A DNA stretch of 64,000 nucleotides from Armatimonadota bacterium (GCA_046292385.1 JBKBRF010000018.1:32001-96000), one strand, 5' to 3'. Positions 40,411 through 50,840 are shown, counted from the stretch's first letter. The notes: generated from the letters alone by a model not told the origin. Made by a program: numbers and translations.

Positions 40411-40733
40411 GTCCCCCTGGCTTTTCCAGGTCTCTGCGGGAGCCCTTCCCGACCCGTGAGGCGCATCCCGCTCCCTCGCTCCCGCCGGCGGCCCTCCCGA
40501 CACACTCCGCCGCCCCTTTCCGTTTCGCTGCGGTCCGTCAGCGGGCCGCAGCCGGGTTCCGCGTCTCACCGCCGACGAGAAACGGGGGCTACGCAAATGA
40601 ATGCGCAGCCCCCGTTCTGTTCGGCTCGCCGCGCTCTGGGGAGACTCCCCATCGCCAGGCTCACCGAAATCGGGTCGAAGTAGCGGCCAAACGAGCCCCT
40701 ACACCCTAACCCCTAAACCCTGGTCCCTGGGCG

Positions 40734-42083
40734 CTAGCCCAGCTTCCACTTGCCGCGGTAGGGACGATTCAGCATGCGGTTCGCTTCGTCGTCGTCCTTG
40801 AACTTCTCGGCCTTCGGATCCCACTCCATCTTCCGGCCGCCAAGGCGCAGGGAGATGTTGCCGATGTGGCAGACGGTCGCGGAGCGATGCCCCACTTCGG
40901 CGTTACAGATCGGGTCCTTCCGGCTCTCAATGCAGTCGAGCCAGTTCTGGTAGTGGTTGTCGCTCTTGTAGAGGCGAATCGCGCTGCTGGGCAGCGGATC
41001 GTCGAGCAGGCGCTGATCGCTCGCCTCGATCTTGCCGCGGGTGACGAAGATCCAGCCGTCCTCGCCCTCGAAGCGGATCCCGTTCTCGCCCCGGTGGGTG
41101 GCAATGAGCGGCACGCCGTTCGCGTAGGTGTAGGTCACCTCGAAGTCGGTCGCCGTGTTGTAGCCGCGGGCATCTGCCGGGAGCACGCCGCGGGACTCGA
41201 CCCACTGGGGACCGCTCTCGTCCATGCCGAGCGCCCACTGGGAGATGTCGAGGTGGTGCGCGCCCCAGTCGGTCATCATCCCGCCGGAGTACTCATACCA
41301 GTGGCGGAAGCTGCCGTGGGTGCGCTCCGGCACGTACTCCGCCCACTGGGTGGGGCCGAGCCAGAAGTCCCAGTCGAAGTCGCTCGGGACTGGCTTCACG
41401 GCGAAGGGTCCGCCCTTGGAGCCGTTCGGCAGCCGGGCTTCCACTCGCTTCAGCTTGCCGATGCGGCCGTTCCGCACCAGCTCGCAAGCGAGGCGGAAGC
41501 GCGCGTCGGACCGCTGCTGGCTGCCGGTCTGGAAGACGCGGCGGGTCTTGGCCTGCGTCTTCACGATCGCCTTGCCCTCGTCCACCGTGAGGGTCAGCGG
41601 CTTCTCGCAGTAGACGTCCTTGCCCTTCTTCATCGCCTCGACGGCGATGATGGCGTGCCAGTGGTCCGGCGTGCCGATGACGACGGCGTCCACGTCCTCG
41701 TCCCGGAGCAGCTCACGGAAGTCGTGGTACTCCTTGCAGTGGCTGCCGAACGAGTTGGCGGCTTCCTTGGCGTGGGTGTGGTCCACGTCGCAGCAGGCGA
41801 CCACTTCGACAGCGTCTTTGCCGGTGTTCTTGATTCCGCGGGTGACGCCGAGTCCCTGGCGGAACCCGCCTTTGCTGCCGCCGGGGCCGATGCAGGCGAT
41901 GTTGAGGCGCTCGTTCGCGCCGGTGCGCTTCTTGCGGCTACCGTTCTCGCCGGCCTGCGCCTCGCTGGCATACCACGCGGGAAGCGTGGTGAGCGATGCG
42001 ACAGTGGCGGAACGGATGAGGAAATTGCGCCGCGAAAGGTCGTTCGAGCTCAAGTCTCTTCTCCTCGATGGGGTTCTGTACAA
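40734..42083 (-). CDS. Tat-exported Gfo/Idh/MocA oxidoreductase
   Basis: SRRNFL Tat motif; TPDHWH, YCEKP, QTGSQQRS, DWGAHHLD. Confidence 0.93.
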   Translation of the reverse strand: MYRTPSRRRDLSSNDLSRRNFLIRSATVASLTTLPAWYASEAQAGENGSRKKRTGANERLNIACIGPGGSKGGFRQGLGVTRGIKNTGKDAVEVVACCDVDHTHAKEAANSFGSHCKEYHDFRELLRDEDVDAVVIGTPDHWHAIIAVEAMKKGKDVYCEKPLTLTVDEGKAIVKTQAKTRRVFQTGSQQRSDARFRLACELVRNGRIGKLKRVEARLPNGSKGGPFAVKPVPSDFDWDFWLGPTQWAEYVPERTHGSFRHWYEYSGGMMTDWGAHHLDISQWALGMDESGPQWVESRGVLPADARGYNTATDFEVTYTYANGVPLIATHRGENGIRFEGEDGWIFVTRGKIEASDQRLLDDPLPSSAIRLYKSDNHYQNWLDCIESRKDPICNAEVGHRSATVCHIGNISLRLGGRKMEWDPKAEKFKDDDEANRMLNRPYRGKWKLG

Positions 42084-42383
42084 AAACTCGCTGAGTTCTC
42101 GCTAAGGGTAGGTTCCGGGTCGGAGAAGCCGTCCCCTCCTTCTGCCGGCGGTGGCGCATATTGAGGAGTAGTTGGCTTCTCGGACATAGTGCGTCGTGTA
42201 TCCAGCTGGGCGACGCAGCGGCGCCTGCCGTGCGCGGCACCCTGCGGGCGGTCCTGAAACTTTCTTTCAATGGCCTCTCCTCCGGGTAGTCTGGCTGGGC
42301 CGGACCGTAAGCTCCGGTTCAGTCTCAACGGGCCTGGCACCTCCACTCCTCTCGAGGGCCTCCCGCATCGACCCGGGAATACG

Positions 42384-44144
42384 ATGAACGCCACTTCTGA
42401 AAACCTCCCGCCGCGCGAGCCGAATCGCGGTCGCGGCACCACCGGATTGCTGTTGTTCGTAGCAGCCCTGTTCCTTGCGGCTGCGGCCGTGTTCTTCGTG
42501 GGCACTCCGGAGACCCGCGCGCAGGAGCCGGTTGCCCGGTTCGCCGTCATTGGGGACTTCGGCCAGGCGGGCCAGCCGGAGGCGGACGTCGCGGCCCTGG
42601 TGAAGAGCCTGAACCCGGACTTCATCGTCACCGTGGGCGACAACAACTACCCGAGCGGTTCCGCGGCGACGATCGATCAGAACATCGGACAGTACTATTC
42701 CGAATTCATCTATCCCTATACCGGCAGCTTCGCTCGCTCTCCGGTCGCGGAGAACCGGTTCTTCCCTACCCTCGGCAATCACGACTGGAGCTCCACCTCT
42801 GGGTACCAGCCGTACCTGAGCTACTTCACGCTGCCGAACAACGAGCGCTACTACGAGCTGGCGCGGGGGCCGGTCCACCTCTTCGCTCTCAACAGCGATA
42901 CGCACGAGCCGGATGGAACCAGTCGCACCTCCGTCCAGGCCAACTGGCTGCGGCAGAAGCTGCAGGCTTCCACCGCTCCCTGGAAGCTGGTGTTCCTGCA
43001 TCACCCGCCTTACTGCTCGGACGGATCCACGAGCGGAGTCCGCTGGCCCTACCACGACTGGGGAGCGACGGCCGTCTTCGCCGGCCACGAGCACGTGTAC
43101 GAGCGTCTCGTCCGTGACGGCTACCTGTACTTCGTCAACGGCCTGGGGGGTGGCGAGATCCATCCGATGAATGACCCGATCACCGGGAGCATGTTCCGGT
43201 ACGACCAGGACTATGGAGCGCAGTTGATCACTGCCGGCTCCCAGAGCCTCACCTTCGAATTCTTCAGCCGCACGGGCGCGCTGATCGACTCCTTCACGCT
43301 GGGTACTCCCGCTCCGGCAGCGCCCGGCAGCCTGGCCGCTGCCACCGTCTCTTCGTCGAAGATCAGCCTCACCTGGAGGGATAACTCGACGACCGAGACC
43401 GGCTTCAAGATTGAGCGCTCCACCGATGGCAAGACGTTTAGCCAGGTCAAGGCGGTGGGGGCTAACGTGACCAGCTACCTCAATACCAGCCTGGCCGGAG
43501 CGACGACTTACACCTACCGCGTGCGAGCCTACAACGCGGCAGGAAACTCGACCTACTCCAACCTGGCTTCCGCGCAGACCTGGGGGCCACCCACCTCCGC
43601 CCCGAGCGAGTTGACGGCTGCGAGCGTCTCGACTTCGAGGATCAACCTGGCGTGGAAGGACAACACCACGACCGAAGACGGCTTCAAGATCGAGCGCTCC
43701 GCAAACGGAGGTACCTTCACGCAGATCAAAACGGTCGGGGCGAACGTCACCAGCTACGCCAACTCCAGCCTGGCTGCGGAGACGGCTTACACCTATCGCG
43801 TGCGCGCGTACAACGCGGCCGGGAGCTCGCCCTACTCGAACACCGCCTCCGCGACCACCTGGGGCCCGGCAGCGCCCAGCGGCCTGACTGCCACGGCCGC
43901 CTCTTCTTCGAGGATCGACCTGGTCTGGCAGGACAACTCCGCCGTGGAGGATGGCTATCAGCTCTACCGTTCGCTGGACGGGTCGAGCTTCAGCCTGATC
44001 GCCTCGCTCGGCGCGAACGTGACCAGCTACGCCGGCACCGGCCTATCCCCGTCGACCCGGTACTACTATCGGGTGCGCGCTTTCAACGCGAAGGCCACTT
44101 CGGGATACTCGAACGTCGCCAGCACCACCACGCTGGCGCAGTGA
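42384..44144 (+). CDS. Secreted calcineurin-like metallophosphoesterase with three fibronectin type III domains
   Basis: GDFG, GDNNY, GNHD, HHP, GHEH motifs; three LxWxDNS..E.GF.IERS...YRVRAYN repeats. Confidence 0.92.
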   Translation: MNATSENLPPREPNRGRGTTGLLLFVAALFLAAAAVFFVGTPETRAQEPVARFAVIGDFGQAGQPEADVAALVKSLNPDFIVTVGDNNYPSGSAATIDQNIGQYYSEFIYPYTGSFARSPVAENRFFPTLGNHDWSSTSGYQPYLSYFTLPNNERYYELARGPVHLFALNSDTHEPDGTSRTSVQANWLRQKLQASTAPWKLVFLHHPPYCSDGSTSGVRWPYHDWGATAVFAGHEHVYERLVRDGYLYFVNGLGGGEIHPMNDPITGSMFRYDQDYGAQLITAGSQSLTFEFFSRTGALIDSFTLGTPAPAAPGSLAAATVSSSKISLTWRDNSTTETGFKIERSTDGKTFSQVKAVGANVTSYLNTSLAGATTYTYRVRAYNAAGNSTYSNLASAQTWGPPTSAPSELTAASVSTSRINLAWKDNTTTEDGFKIERSANGGTFTQIKTVGANVTSYANSSLAAETAYTYRVRAYNAAGSSPYSNTASATTWGPAAPSGLTATAASSSRIDLVWQDNSAVEDGYQLYRSLDGSSFSLIASLGANVTSYAGTGLSPSTRYYYRVRAFNAKATSGYSNVASTTTLAQ

Positions 44145-44285
44145 GGTGAATCTTCCGGGCCGGCCAGCTCCCTGCCGGCCCGGTTAACAGCCGCTCTGCG
44201 ACACTCCAGCCAGCCTGCCGTAAACTGACCTGTGGCGGGGTGTGCCGGGCGACAGCGTTCGCGACTCCCCCAGAGGCAAAAAACC

Positions 44286-44672
44286 ATGCGCTGCGAGAAA
44301 TGCGGGAGCGAGAACCCCGGAGAGAAGAAGTTCTGTGGTGACTGCGGCACTGCGCTCGCCAGGACCGCGGCGGGAGTGGAAGCGGGCCCGGAACCGGGCG
44401 TCTACTACTGCGCCCGGCACAAGAAGGAGCAGACCCGCGTCACCTGCGGTCGCTGCGAGGCGCCGGTCTGCACCCGGTGCGCGGTCTACGGGCCGGTGGG
44501 GGTCCGGTGTCGCGACTGCGCCAGAAACCGCGTGCCCCTCCGTCCCCGGGGGCTCCTGCACAGCGCCGGAAGCGCCGTGGAGCGCAACGCCGGCCGCACC
44601 GTCTGGTACCTGGCGATCTGGTACTTCATCGTGAGCGCCGTCAGCAACCTGTTCGGGGGGAGCGACACCTGA
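44286..44672 (+). CDS. Zinc-ribbon + B-box-like zinc finger protein with C-terminal TM
   Basis: CEKCG..FCGDCG; CARH...CGRC..VCTRC....VGVRCRDC; hydrophobic C-terminus. Confidence 0.8.
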   Translation: MRCEKCGSENPGEKKFCGDCGTALARTAAGVEAGPEPGVYYCARHKKEQTRVTCGRCEAPVCTRCAVYGPVGVRCRDCARNRVPLRPRGLLHSAGSAVERNAGRTVWYLAIWYFIVSAVSNLFGGSDT

Positions 44673-44725
44673 TCGACGATGAAGGGTTGATTGAACCGGG
44701 AGTGTCGACCACTTCTCGGGTGGAG

Positions 44726-44901
44726 GCGTATTGCGTAGCGCGTATTGCGTAGCGGCCGGCCTGTCCCTCGTGACGGACAATCCTGCCGGCCGAGGCGCTG
44801 AACGCCTGCATCTCGCCCGGCACTCCGCTGCCGCATAGCGGTAGCTGCGCCTCGCTACGCAATACGCGATACGAAATACGCGCTGTGCGCTACGCGATAC
44901 G
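44726..44901. repeat. Inverted arrays of GCGTATTGCGTAGCG repeats
   Basis: 44726-44754 versus CGCTACGCAATACGC at 44853 onward; same family at 54540-54677 and ~58966-58986. Confidence 0.75.
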
Positions 44902-45996
44902 TGCGATGTCCTCGCTCATCGGCTCCGGTCGCTCGTACGGTGCCGTGGGCTCCAGGGCCTGGCCGGTGGCGGAGGACTCCAGAAAGCCCTGCATCAGGTC
45001 CAGCACGGCGAACGCCTGCTCCGCGCTGGCGCGGTGGGGACGGCCGGAGCGGAGGGCGTGCGCCATGTCCGCCAGGCCGACGGCCCGGCCGAAGCCGGCC
45101 GGAGACGCATGGGGAAGCTCCCGCCACTCCCCCTCCCCTACCCGGCGAAGCTGCACCGCGCCGTCGAAGGTGTTGGGGTCCGGAACCTTGAGGGTGCCTT
45201 CGGTGCCGTAGAGGGTAATCGGGAACCCCTTCTCATACGTGGGGTTGGCGGTCGCGAAGCTGGTCGTGAGCGTCCCCAGCGCGCCGTTCTGGAATTCCAG
45301 CGTCGCGCAGACGTGGTCGGGGGTCTCGACCGTAATCCGCTTCCCGCGCTTCGGCTCGCTGGTGATGGTGCGCTCCGGGATTGCCACCGTCGCCATCCCG
45401 CTGTAGCGGCGCACCGGGCCCAGGAGGTTCAGCAGCGCCGTCAGGTAGTACGGCCCCATGTCGAACATCGGGCCGCCGCCGGGCTCGTAGTAGAACTCCG
45501 GGCTGGGATGCCACGACTCATGCCCCGGGCAGAGCATAAAGGCGGTAAAGGCGACCGGCCGCCCGATGAGCCCGTCGTCGACCGCCTTCCGTGCCGTCTG
45601 GATGCCCGCGCCGAGGAAAGTGTCCGGCGCGCACCCCACCCGCAGGCCGGCGCGGCGGGCAGCGTCGAGCACCGCCTTTCCCTCGGCGCGGGTGACCGCC
45701 AGCGGCTTCTCGAGGAAGACGTGCCTCCCTCGCTCCAGCGCCGCGAGCGTCACCGGCGCGTGCGCCCGCGGCACAGTGAGGTTCAGCACCACCTCGAGGT
45801 CCGGGGCGGAGAGCAGCGCTTCCGGAGAGAGCACCCGCGGGACGCCGAACTCCTCTGCTCGGACGCGCGCCTTTTCCTCGTCCAGGTCCGCGCACGCCGC
45901 CATCCGCAGGATCGGCAGCTTCGCCGCCATCCGGAAGTACTGCGCGCTGATGGCGCCGCATCCAATCACGCCCACGTTCACTGGTCGATCAAGCAT
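44890..45996 (-). CDS. Gfo/Idh/MocA oxidoreductase
   Basis: VGVIGCGAIS, EKPLA, GCAPDTFLG, GGGPMFDMGPYY. Confidence 0.93.
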   Translation of the reverse strand: MLDRPVNVGVIGCGAISAQYFRMAAKLPILRMAACADLDEEKARVRAEEFGVPRVLSPEALLSAPDLEVVLNLTVPRAHAPVTLAALERGRHVFLEKPLAVTRAEGKAVLDAARRAGLRVGCAPDTFLGAGIQTARKAVDDGLIGRPVAFTAFMLCPGHESWHPSPEFYYEPGGGPMFDMGPYYLTALLNLLGPVRRYSGMATVAIPERTITSEPKRGKRITVETPDHVCATLEFQNGALGTLTTSFATANPTYEKGFPITLYGTEGTLKVPDPNTFDGAVQLRRVGEGEWRELPHASPAGFGRAVGLADMAHALRSGRPHRASAEQAFAVLDLMQGFLESSATGQALEPTAPYERPEPMSEDIARIA

Positions 45997-46387
45997 TCTG
46001 ATCCGAGTCCGAGTCGGGATCTACGTCACTTGGCAGGCGTCTCTGCCGAACTTGCTGTCTCTCGACGATTGTAAAGCGGTGCAACGCTTCGAAATCTGGG
46101 CGTCCCAGTAGCTCCAAGAGGATGTCAGCCGGCTCTTCTGCGTGTTTCGGCTGCAATCGAAAGTAAATCACTCCCGGAACGCCGAGTTGCCGAAACCGGA
46201 ACACCAGTTCCCCATAATCACGATCGAACGTCAGAATGACACGGGCTTGCTCTGCCGCAGAGCGGAGCACTACCTCATCCTGCGCTCCCGGGGCTGACAA
46301 TGCCACCGAATCGACCTGAAAACCGGCCGACATCAACTTCCGCACGCTCGGCAACGGAAAGTTCTCATTCGCCAGGAAACGGATCAT
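45989..46387 (-). CDS. DUF5615 PIN-like putative toxin
   Basis: MIRFLANENFP...D..VL......RVILTFDRDYGELVF; start overlaps upstream stop. Confidence 0.85.
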   Translation of the reverse strand: MIRFLANENFPLPSVRKLMSAGFQVDSVALSAPGAQDEVVLRSAAEQARVILTFDRDYGELVFRFRQLGVPGVIYFRLQPKHAEEPADILLELLGRPDFEALHRFTIVERQQVRQRRLPSDVDPDSDSDQNA

Positions 46388-46623
46388 GCGGCCGGATCGA
46401 GAGTAAGCAGGACTCCATCTCGGGTACACTCCTGCGCATATGCGAAGACAGCCCGCAGCGCCGCGGGGGTAAGGGTGGGATAGCTATCCAGCACCTGTGC
46501 TTCCGTCCATCCCGCCGCGAACAGGCCCAACAGGAACTCGACAGAAAGGCGCGTTCCGCGGACCACCGGCTTGCCTGCGAGGATCCCCGGATCAGTGTGA
46601 ATGTAGTCGCCCCAGTTCATCAC
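46384..46623 (-). CDS. DUF433 putative antitoxin
   Basis: DPGILAGKPVVRGTRLSVE...G....VLDSYPTL. Confidence 0.9.
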   Translation of the reverse strand: MMNWGDYIHTDPGILAGKPVVRGTRLSVEFLLGLFAAGWTEAQVLDSYPTLTPAALRAVFAYAQECTRDGVLLTLDPAA

Positions 46624-46905
46624 CTAAGCCCCCGATTGTGGTTGCCGGAAGCCCCCGCTCAACTGATAAGCCGCCTGCCGCCCGATGCGCAGCGTGTACA
46701 CGGTGGCGCCTGGGATCTCGTCCATGAGGCGAGTGGTCGCGGTGAGGTCGTCCTCCGCGATCTGGTAGCGCCCGCTCATTACGTCCAGTGCGAGAAACTG
46801 CCCGCGGTGGGTCTCCTCCAGGCGAGAACGAAGCTCTCGCTCGTACAGCGCCTCACCGCGGCGGCCGATCTCGTCCGGTGTCATCGCAGATTGTAACCGT
46901 GTCAT
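46624..46905 (-). CDS. Small hypothetical protein of a type found near TA loci
   Basis: EIGRRGEALYE...GQFLALDVMSGRY...LRIG. Confidence 0.7.
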   Translation of the reverse strand: MTRLQSAMTPDEIGRRGEALYERELRSRLEETHRGQFLALDVMSGRYQIAEDDLTATTRLMDEIPGATVYTLRIGRQAAYQLSGGFRQPQSGA

Positions 46906-46944
46906 GCCGGTATCATATCCTTGCCAGCGGGAACACCCCACCCC

Positions 46945-47901
46945 TTACTTCGCGGGGAAGAACGGGAAGAGCTTGCGGATCTCCTCTTCGCCGGGGCGGC
47001 GTCCGTACTCGCAGATCTCGAACGCTTCCGCGTAGCGGAACTGGGGGGCGCGGTCCGCGCCGTACCACTTCGCGAGCGCCGCGCGGTGGCGGTTGGCGCT
47101 GTTGGCGTTGCGGTTGCGGAAGCCGTCCCGCACCGCGGCCCGCCGGCGCTCCTGGCCGGCGGCGTCCTTCGGCAGGTTAGCGGCGTTGCCGTTGGCGCCG
47201 CCTTCGTAGAACTGGGAGACGAGTGCGTCGAGCGCGTCGAGCTTCTTCTCGATCACGTCGTCGATACCGACCACGATGTCGGCCGAGAACGGGTTCGGCT
47301 TCTGGAATCCGTCTTCGTTGTAGAGGAAGACCGGGTTCCGCGTGAGGTAGGGCGTGTCCGGGCAGAAGAACGGGACGGTGACCATGTAGGCGGCGTCCTG
47401 CACCAGCACGCCGACGTACCGGTGGTCCGGGTGGTAGTCGTTCGGGCGGTGGCTGATCACCACGTCGGCGTTCCAGTCGCGGATCAGCCGCGTTACGGTG
47501 CGCCGGTTCTCCAGCGTGGGGAGCAGCTCGCCGTCGTGGACGTCCATCACTTCGGTGTCGATACCGAGGATCTTCGCCGCCTGCTCCACCTCCGCGCGGC
47601 GCCGGATGGCGAGCGCTCCGCCGGCCATCTGGAAGTGGCCGATGTCGCCGTTGGTGCAGGAGACGAACTTGACCTTGTGCCCCTGTGCGGCCCACTTGGC
47701 GGCGCAGCCGCCCTGGCGGATCTCGCAGTCGTCCGGGTGCGCTCCGAAGGCGATGATGCGCAGCTTGCCGTCGGTTGCCGGCGGCCGGGCCGTCGGCTCC
47801 TGCGCGGCGGCGGTGCGGCCGAGCGCGGTATCGATCGTGAGCGCGGCGGCGGAGCCTGCCAGCAGTGCGGCAAAGCGGCGGCGGTTGATGGGGGCGGTCA
47901 T
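46945..47901 (-). CDS. Tat-exported PIG-L/LmbE family deacetylase
   Basis: NRRRF signal; AHPDD, TNGD.G, RRAE, HPDH. Confidence 0.92.
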   Translation of the reverse strand: MTAPINRRRFAALLAGSAAALTIDTALGRTAAAQEPTARPPATDGKLRIIAFGAHPDDCEIRQGGCAAKWAAQGHKVKFVSCTNGDIGHFQMAGGALAIRRRAEVEQAAKILGIDTEVMDVHDGELLPTLENRRTVTRLIRDWNADVVISHRPNDYHPDHRYVGVLVQDAAYMVTVPFFCPDTPYLTRNPVFLYNEDGFQKPNPFSADIVVGIDDVIEKKLDALDALVSQFYEGGANGNAANLPKDAAGQERRRAAVRDGFRNRNANSANRHRAALAKWYGADRAPQFRYAEAFEICEYGRRPGEEEIRKLFPFFPAK

Positions 47902-48099
47902 GGCGGTTCTCCTCCCGGTGGGCGGGACGCGAGGCGAGGTCGACTATGGCTCAATTCCCGGTTTAATCGGGATCTCCCTGCCCTCCCCGGTCGGAGCATT
48001 CCGGAAGGATGCTCCGGGCTGCGGCGCGAATCAGCAGGTGCCGGCCCGAGGCTGGGCCGCGCCACCTTCAGTCGCTGAATCACGCGGAGCCGCGTCTCT

Positions 48100-50814
48100 A
48101 TGAATAGCCTGACTCTCCTTACCCTGCTCTCCGGCATCACCCTCGCCAGCGGCCTGGCCGCGGGCGCGGGCGCCGCCGCCGATCCGCCCCTGGCGGTGGG
48201 TCAACTCCAGTGCGAGTACCTGGTGAACCCGCTCGGCCTCGATACCGCCCGCCCGCGACTCCGGTGGGTGCTCACCTCGCCGCGGCGCGGGGAGCGGCAG
48301 ACCGCCTACCAGGTGCTGGTCGCCTCCACGCCGGAGCTGCTGCGGCGGGACCGGGGCGACCTGTGGGACAGCGGAAAGGTGCCTTCGGACCAGTCCGCGC
48401 AGGTCCCGTACGGCGGAAAGCCGCTGGAGGCGACCCAGCGGGCCTACTGGAAGGTCCGCGCCTGGGGCCGCGACGGCGGCAAACCGACCGCCTGGAGCGA
48501 AGCGGCCTGGTGGGAGATGGGGCTGCCGCGGCCGGAGGACTGGCACGGAGAGTGGATCGGCCGGACGCGCGAGACGGAGTACCAGCCCGCTCCGCTGCTG
48601 CGGCGGGAGTTCAACGTAGACGGGCGGGTGAAGCGCGCCCGCGCTTACGTGAGCGGCCTGGGCTACTACGAGCTGCGGCTGAACGGCGAGAAGGTGGGCG
48701 ATCATCACCTCGATCCTGGCTACACCCGCTACGACCGCCGCGCGCTCTACTCCACGTACGACGTCACCCCGCTGCTGCGGCGCGGCAAGAACGCGGTCGG
48801 CGCGATGCTCGGCACCGGCTGGCACAACGTCCACACCAAGGCAGTCTGGTACTTCGACCGCGCTCCCTGGCGGGCGGCTCCGCGGCTGCGGACGGAGCTG
48901 CGGATCGAGTACACCGACGGCCGCACGGAGACCATCGTCTCCGATGAGAGCTGGAAGACGAGCACCGGCCCGGTCGTCTTCGACAGCATCTACGGCGGGG
49001 AGTCGTACGACGCCCGCGAAGAGAAGGCGGGGTGGGATCGCGCCGGCTACGACGACCGCGGCTGGCAGTCCGCCCTGGTGGTCCCTGCCCCCGGCGGCGC
49101 CGTCTCCGCGCAGCAGATGCCGCCGATCAAGATCACCGACACGTTGAAGCCGGTCCGCGTGACGGAGCCGAAGCCGGGCGTCTTCATCTTCGACATCGGC
49201 CAGAACATGGCGGGTCACGCGCAGCTCCGGGTGGAGGGTCCGGCCGGGACGAAGATCACGCTGCGGTACGGCGAGCGGCTCCACCCGGACGGCACCCTCG
49301 ACCGCGCGGCGATCGCGCAGCACATGATCAAGGACCCGCCGCAGCGGTTCCAGACCGACGAGTACACGCTGAAGGGCGACGGCACCGAGGTCTGGGAGCC
49401 GCGCTTCACCTACCACGGCTTCCAGTACGTGGAGGTGACCGGATTCCCGGGCAAGCCGACGCTCGATAGCCTGCGCGCGCGGGTGGTCCACTCCGCCGTG
49501 GAGCGGGCCGGGGAGCTCGAAACCTCCAGCGAGCTGGTGAACCGCATCCAGCGGGCCACGCGCTGGGCCTACCTGAGCAACCTGCACAGCATTCCGACCG
49601 ACTGCCCCCACCGGGAGAAGAACGGCTGGACCGGCGACGCACACCTGGCGGCGGAGCTGGGCATCTTCAACTATCACCCGGCGGCGGTCTACACCAAGTG
49701 GATCCAGGACCTCTCCGATGAGATGCGGGAGAGCGGCGAGCTGCCCGGAATCGTGCCGACGAGCGGCTGGGGCTACGAGTGGGGCAACGGCCCCGCCTGG
49801 GACAGCGCCTTCCTTCTGATTCCCTGGTACCTCTACCAGTACTACGGCGACACCCGCATCCTGGAGACGAACTACCCCAAGATGCGGCGGTACGTCGATT
49901 ACCTCACCACCAAGGCGAAGGACGGCATCGTCTCGATCGGCCTGGGCGACTGGGTAGCGCCCGGACCGACGGCACCGACGGAGGTGACCTCGACCGGCTA
50001 CTACTACGTCGACGCGCGGATCGTAGCCGACACCGCGCGCCTGCTCGGCAAAGAAGCCGATGCGAAGAAGTACTCCGAGCTGGCGGACAGCATCCGCGAC
50101 GCCTTCAACCGGACGTTCTTCAAGCCGGAGACGGCGCAGTACGCCGACGGCAGCCAGGCGGCGCTCTCCTGCGCGCTTTACCAGGGACTGGTGCCGAAGG
50201 GCGAGGAGCAGCGGGTGCTGAAGAACCTGGTCGCCGCGGTGGACAAGCACGACGGCCACGTCTTCGCCGGCATCCTGGGGACGAAGTACCTCCTCCACGC
50301 GCTGCGGGACAACGGCCGGCCGGATGTCGCGTATCGGGTGACCGCGCAGACTACTTTCCCGAGCTGGGGCCACTGGCTGGAGCAGGGCGCCACCACCCTG
50401 TGGGAGGCGTGGAACGGCACCGACTCGCGGAACCACATCATGTTCGGCGACGTGAGCGCCTGGTTCTATCGGGCGCTGGCGGGCATCAACCCGGACCCGG
50501 CCGGTCCCGGCTTCAAGAAGGTGATCATCCGGCCCTACCTGCCGGAGGGGATGACCTTCGCCCGTGCTACCTACCCCAGCATCCACGGCACCATCCAGAG
50601 CGGCTGGACGCGGGATCGGAGCGGCGTAACGCTGGCGGTCACGATCCCGGCAAACAGCAGCGCCACCGTCTATGTGCCCGCCGCCGAGAACCACCGGGTG
50701 ATCGAGGGCGGCCGTCCTGCGGAGACTGCCGAAGGGGTCCGCTTCCTGCGGCGAGAGGGCGAGGCCATGGTCTACGAGATCGGCTCCGGCAGCTACCGTT
50801 TCCAGGTGCGTTGA
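48100..50814 (+). CDS. Alpha-L-rhamnosidase, GH78 family
   Basis: DLWDSGKV, DIGQNMAG, FTYHGFQYVEV, PTDCPHREKNGWTGD, GATTLWE, SRNHIMFG. Confidence 0.93.
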   Translation: MNSLTLLTLLSGITLASGLAAGAGAAADPPLAVGQLQCEYLVNPLGLDTARPRLRWVLTSPRRGERQTAYQVLVASTPELLRRDRGDLWDSGKVPSDQSAQVPYGGKPLEATQRAYWKVRAWGRDGGKPTAWSEAAWWEMGLPRPEDWHGEWIGRTRETEYQPAPLLRREFNVDGRVKRARAYVSGLGYYELRLNGEKVGDHHLDPGYTRYDRRALYSTYDVTPLLRRGKNAVGAMLGTGWHNVHTKAVWYFDRAPWRAAPRLRTELRIEYTDGRTETIVSDESWKTSTGPVVFDSIYGGESYDAREEKAGWDRAGYDDRGWQSALVVPAPGGAVSAQQMPPIKITDTLKPVRVTEPKPGVFIFDIGQNMAGHAQLRVEGPAGTKITLRYGERLHPDGTLDRAAIAQHMIKDPPQRFQTDEYTLKGDGTEVWEPRFTYHGFQYVEVTGFPGKPTLDSLRARVVHSAVERAGELETSSELVNRIQRATRWAYLSNLHSIPTDCPHREKNGWTGDAHLAAELGIFNYHPAAVYTKWIQDLSDEMRESGELPGIVPTSGWGYEWGNGPAWDSAFLLIPWYLYQYYGDTRILETNYPKMRRYVDYLTTKAKDGIVSIGLGDWVAPGPTAPTEVTSTGYYYVDARIVADTARLLGKEADAKKYSELADSIRDAFNRTFFKPETAQYADGSQAALSCALYQGLVPKGEEQRVLKNLVAAVDKHDGHVFAGILGTKYLLHALRDNGRPDVAYRVTAQTTFPSWGHWLEQGATTLWEAWNGTDSRNHIMFGDVSAWFYRALAGINPDPAGPGFKKVIIRPYLPEGMTFARATYPSIHGTIQSGWTRDRSGVTLAVTIPANSSATVYVPAAENHRVIEGGRPAETAEGVRFLRREGEAMVYEIGSGSYRFQVR

Positions 50815-50840
50815 GGTGTCGGCGATAAGATCTGCCGAAT

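Noticed and set aside
43310..44140. Three ~280-bp direct repeats
   Set aside because: They encode the FN3 domains of the phosphoesterase
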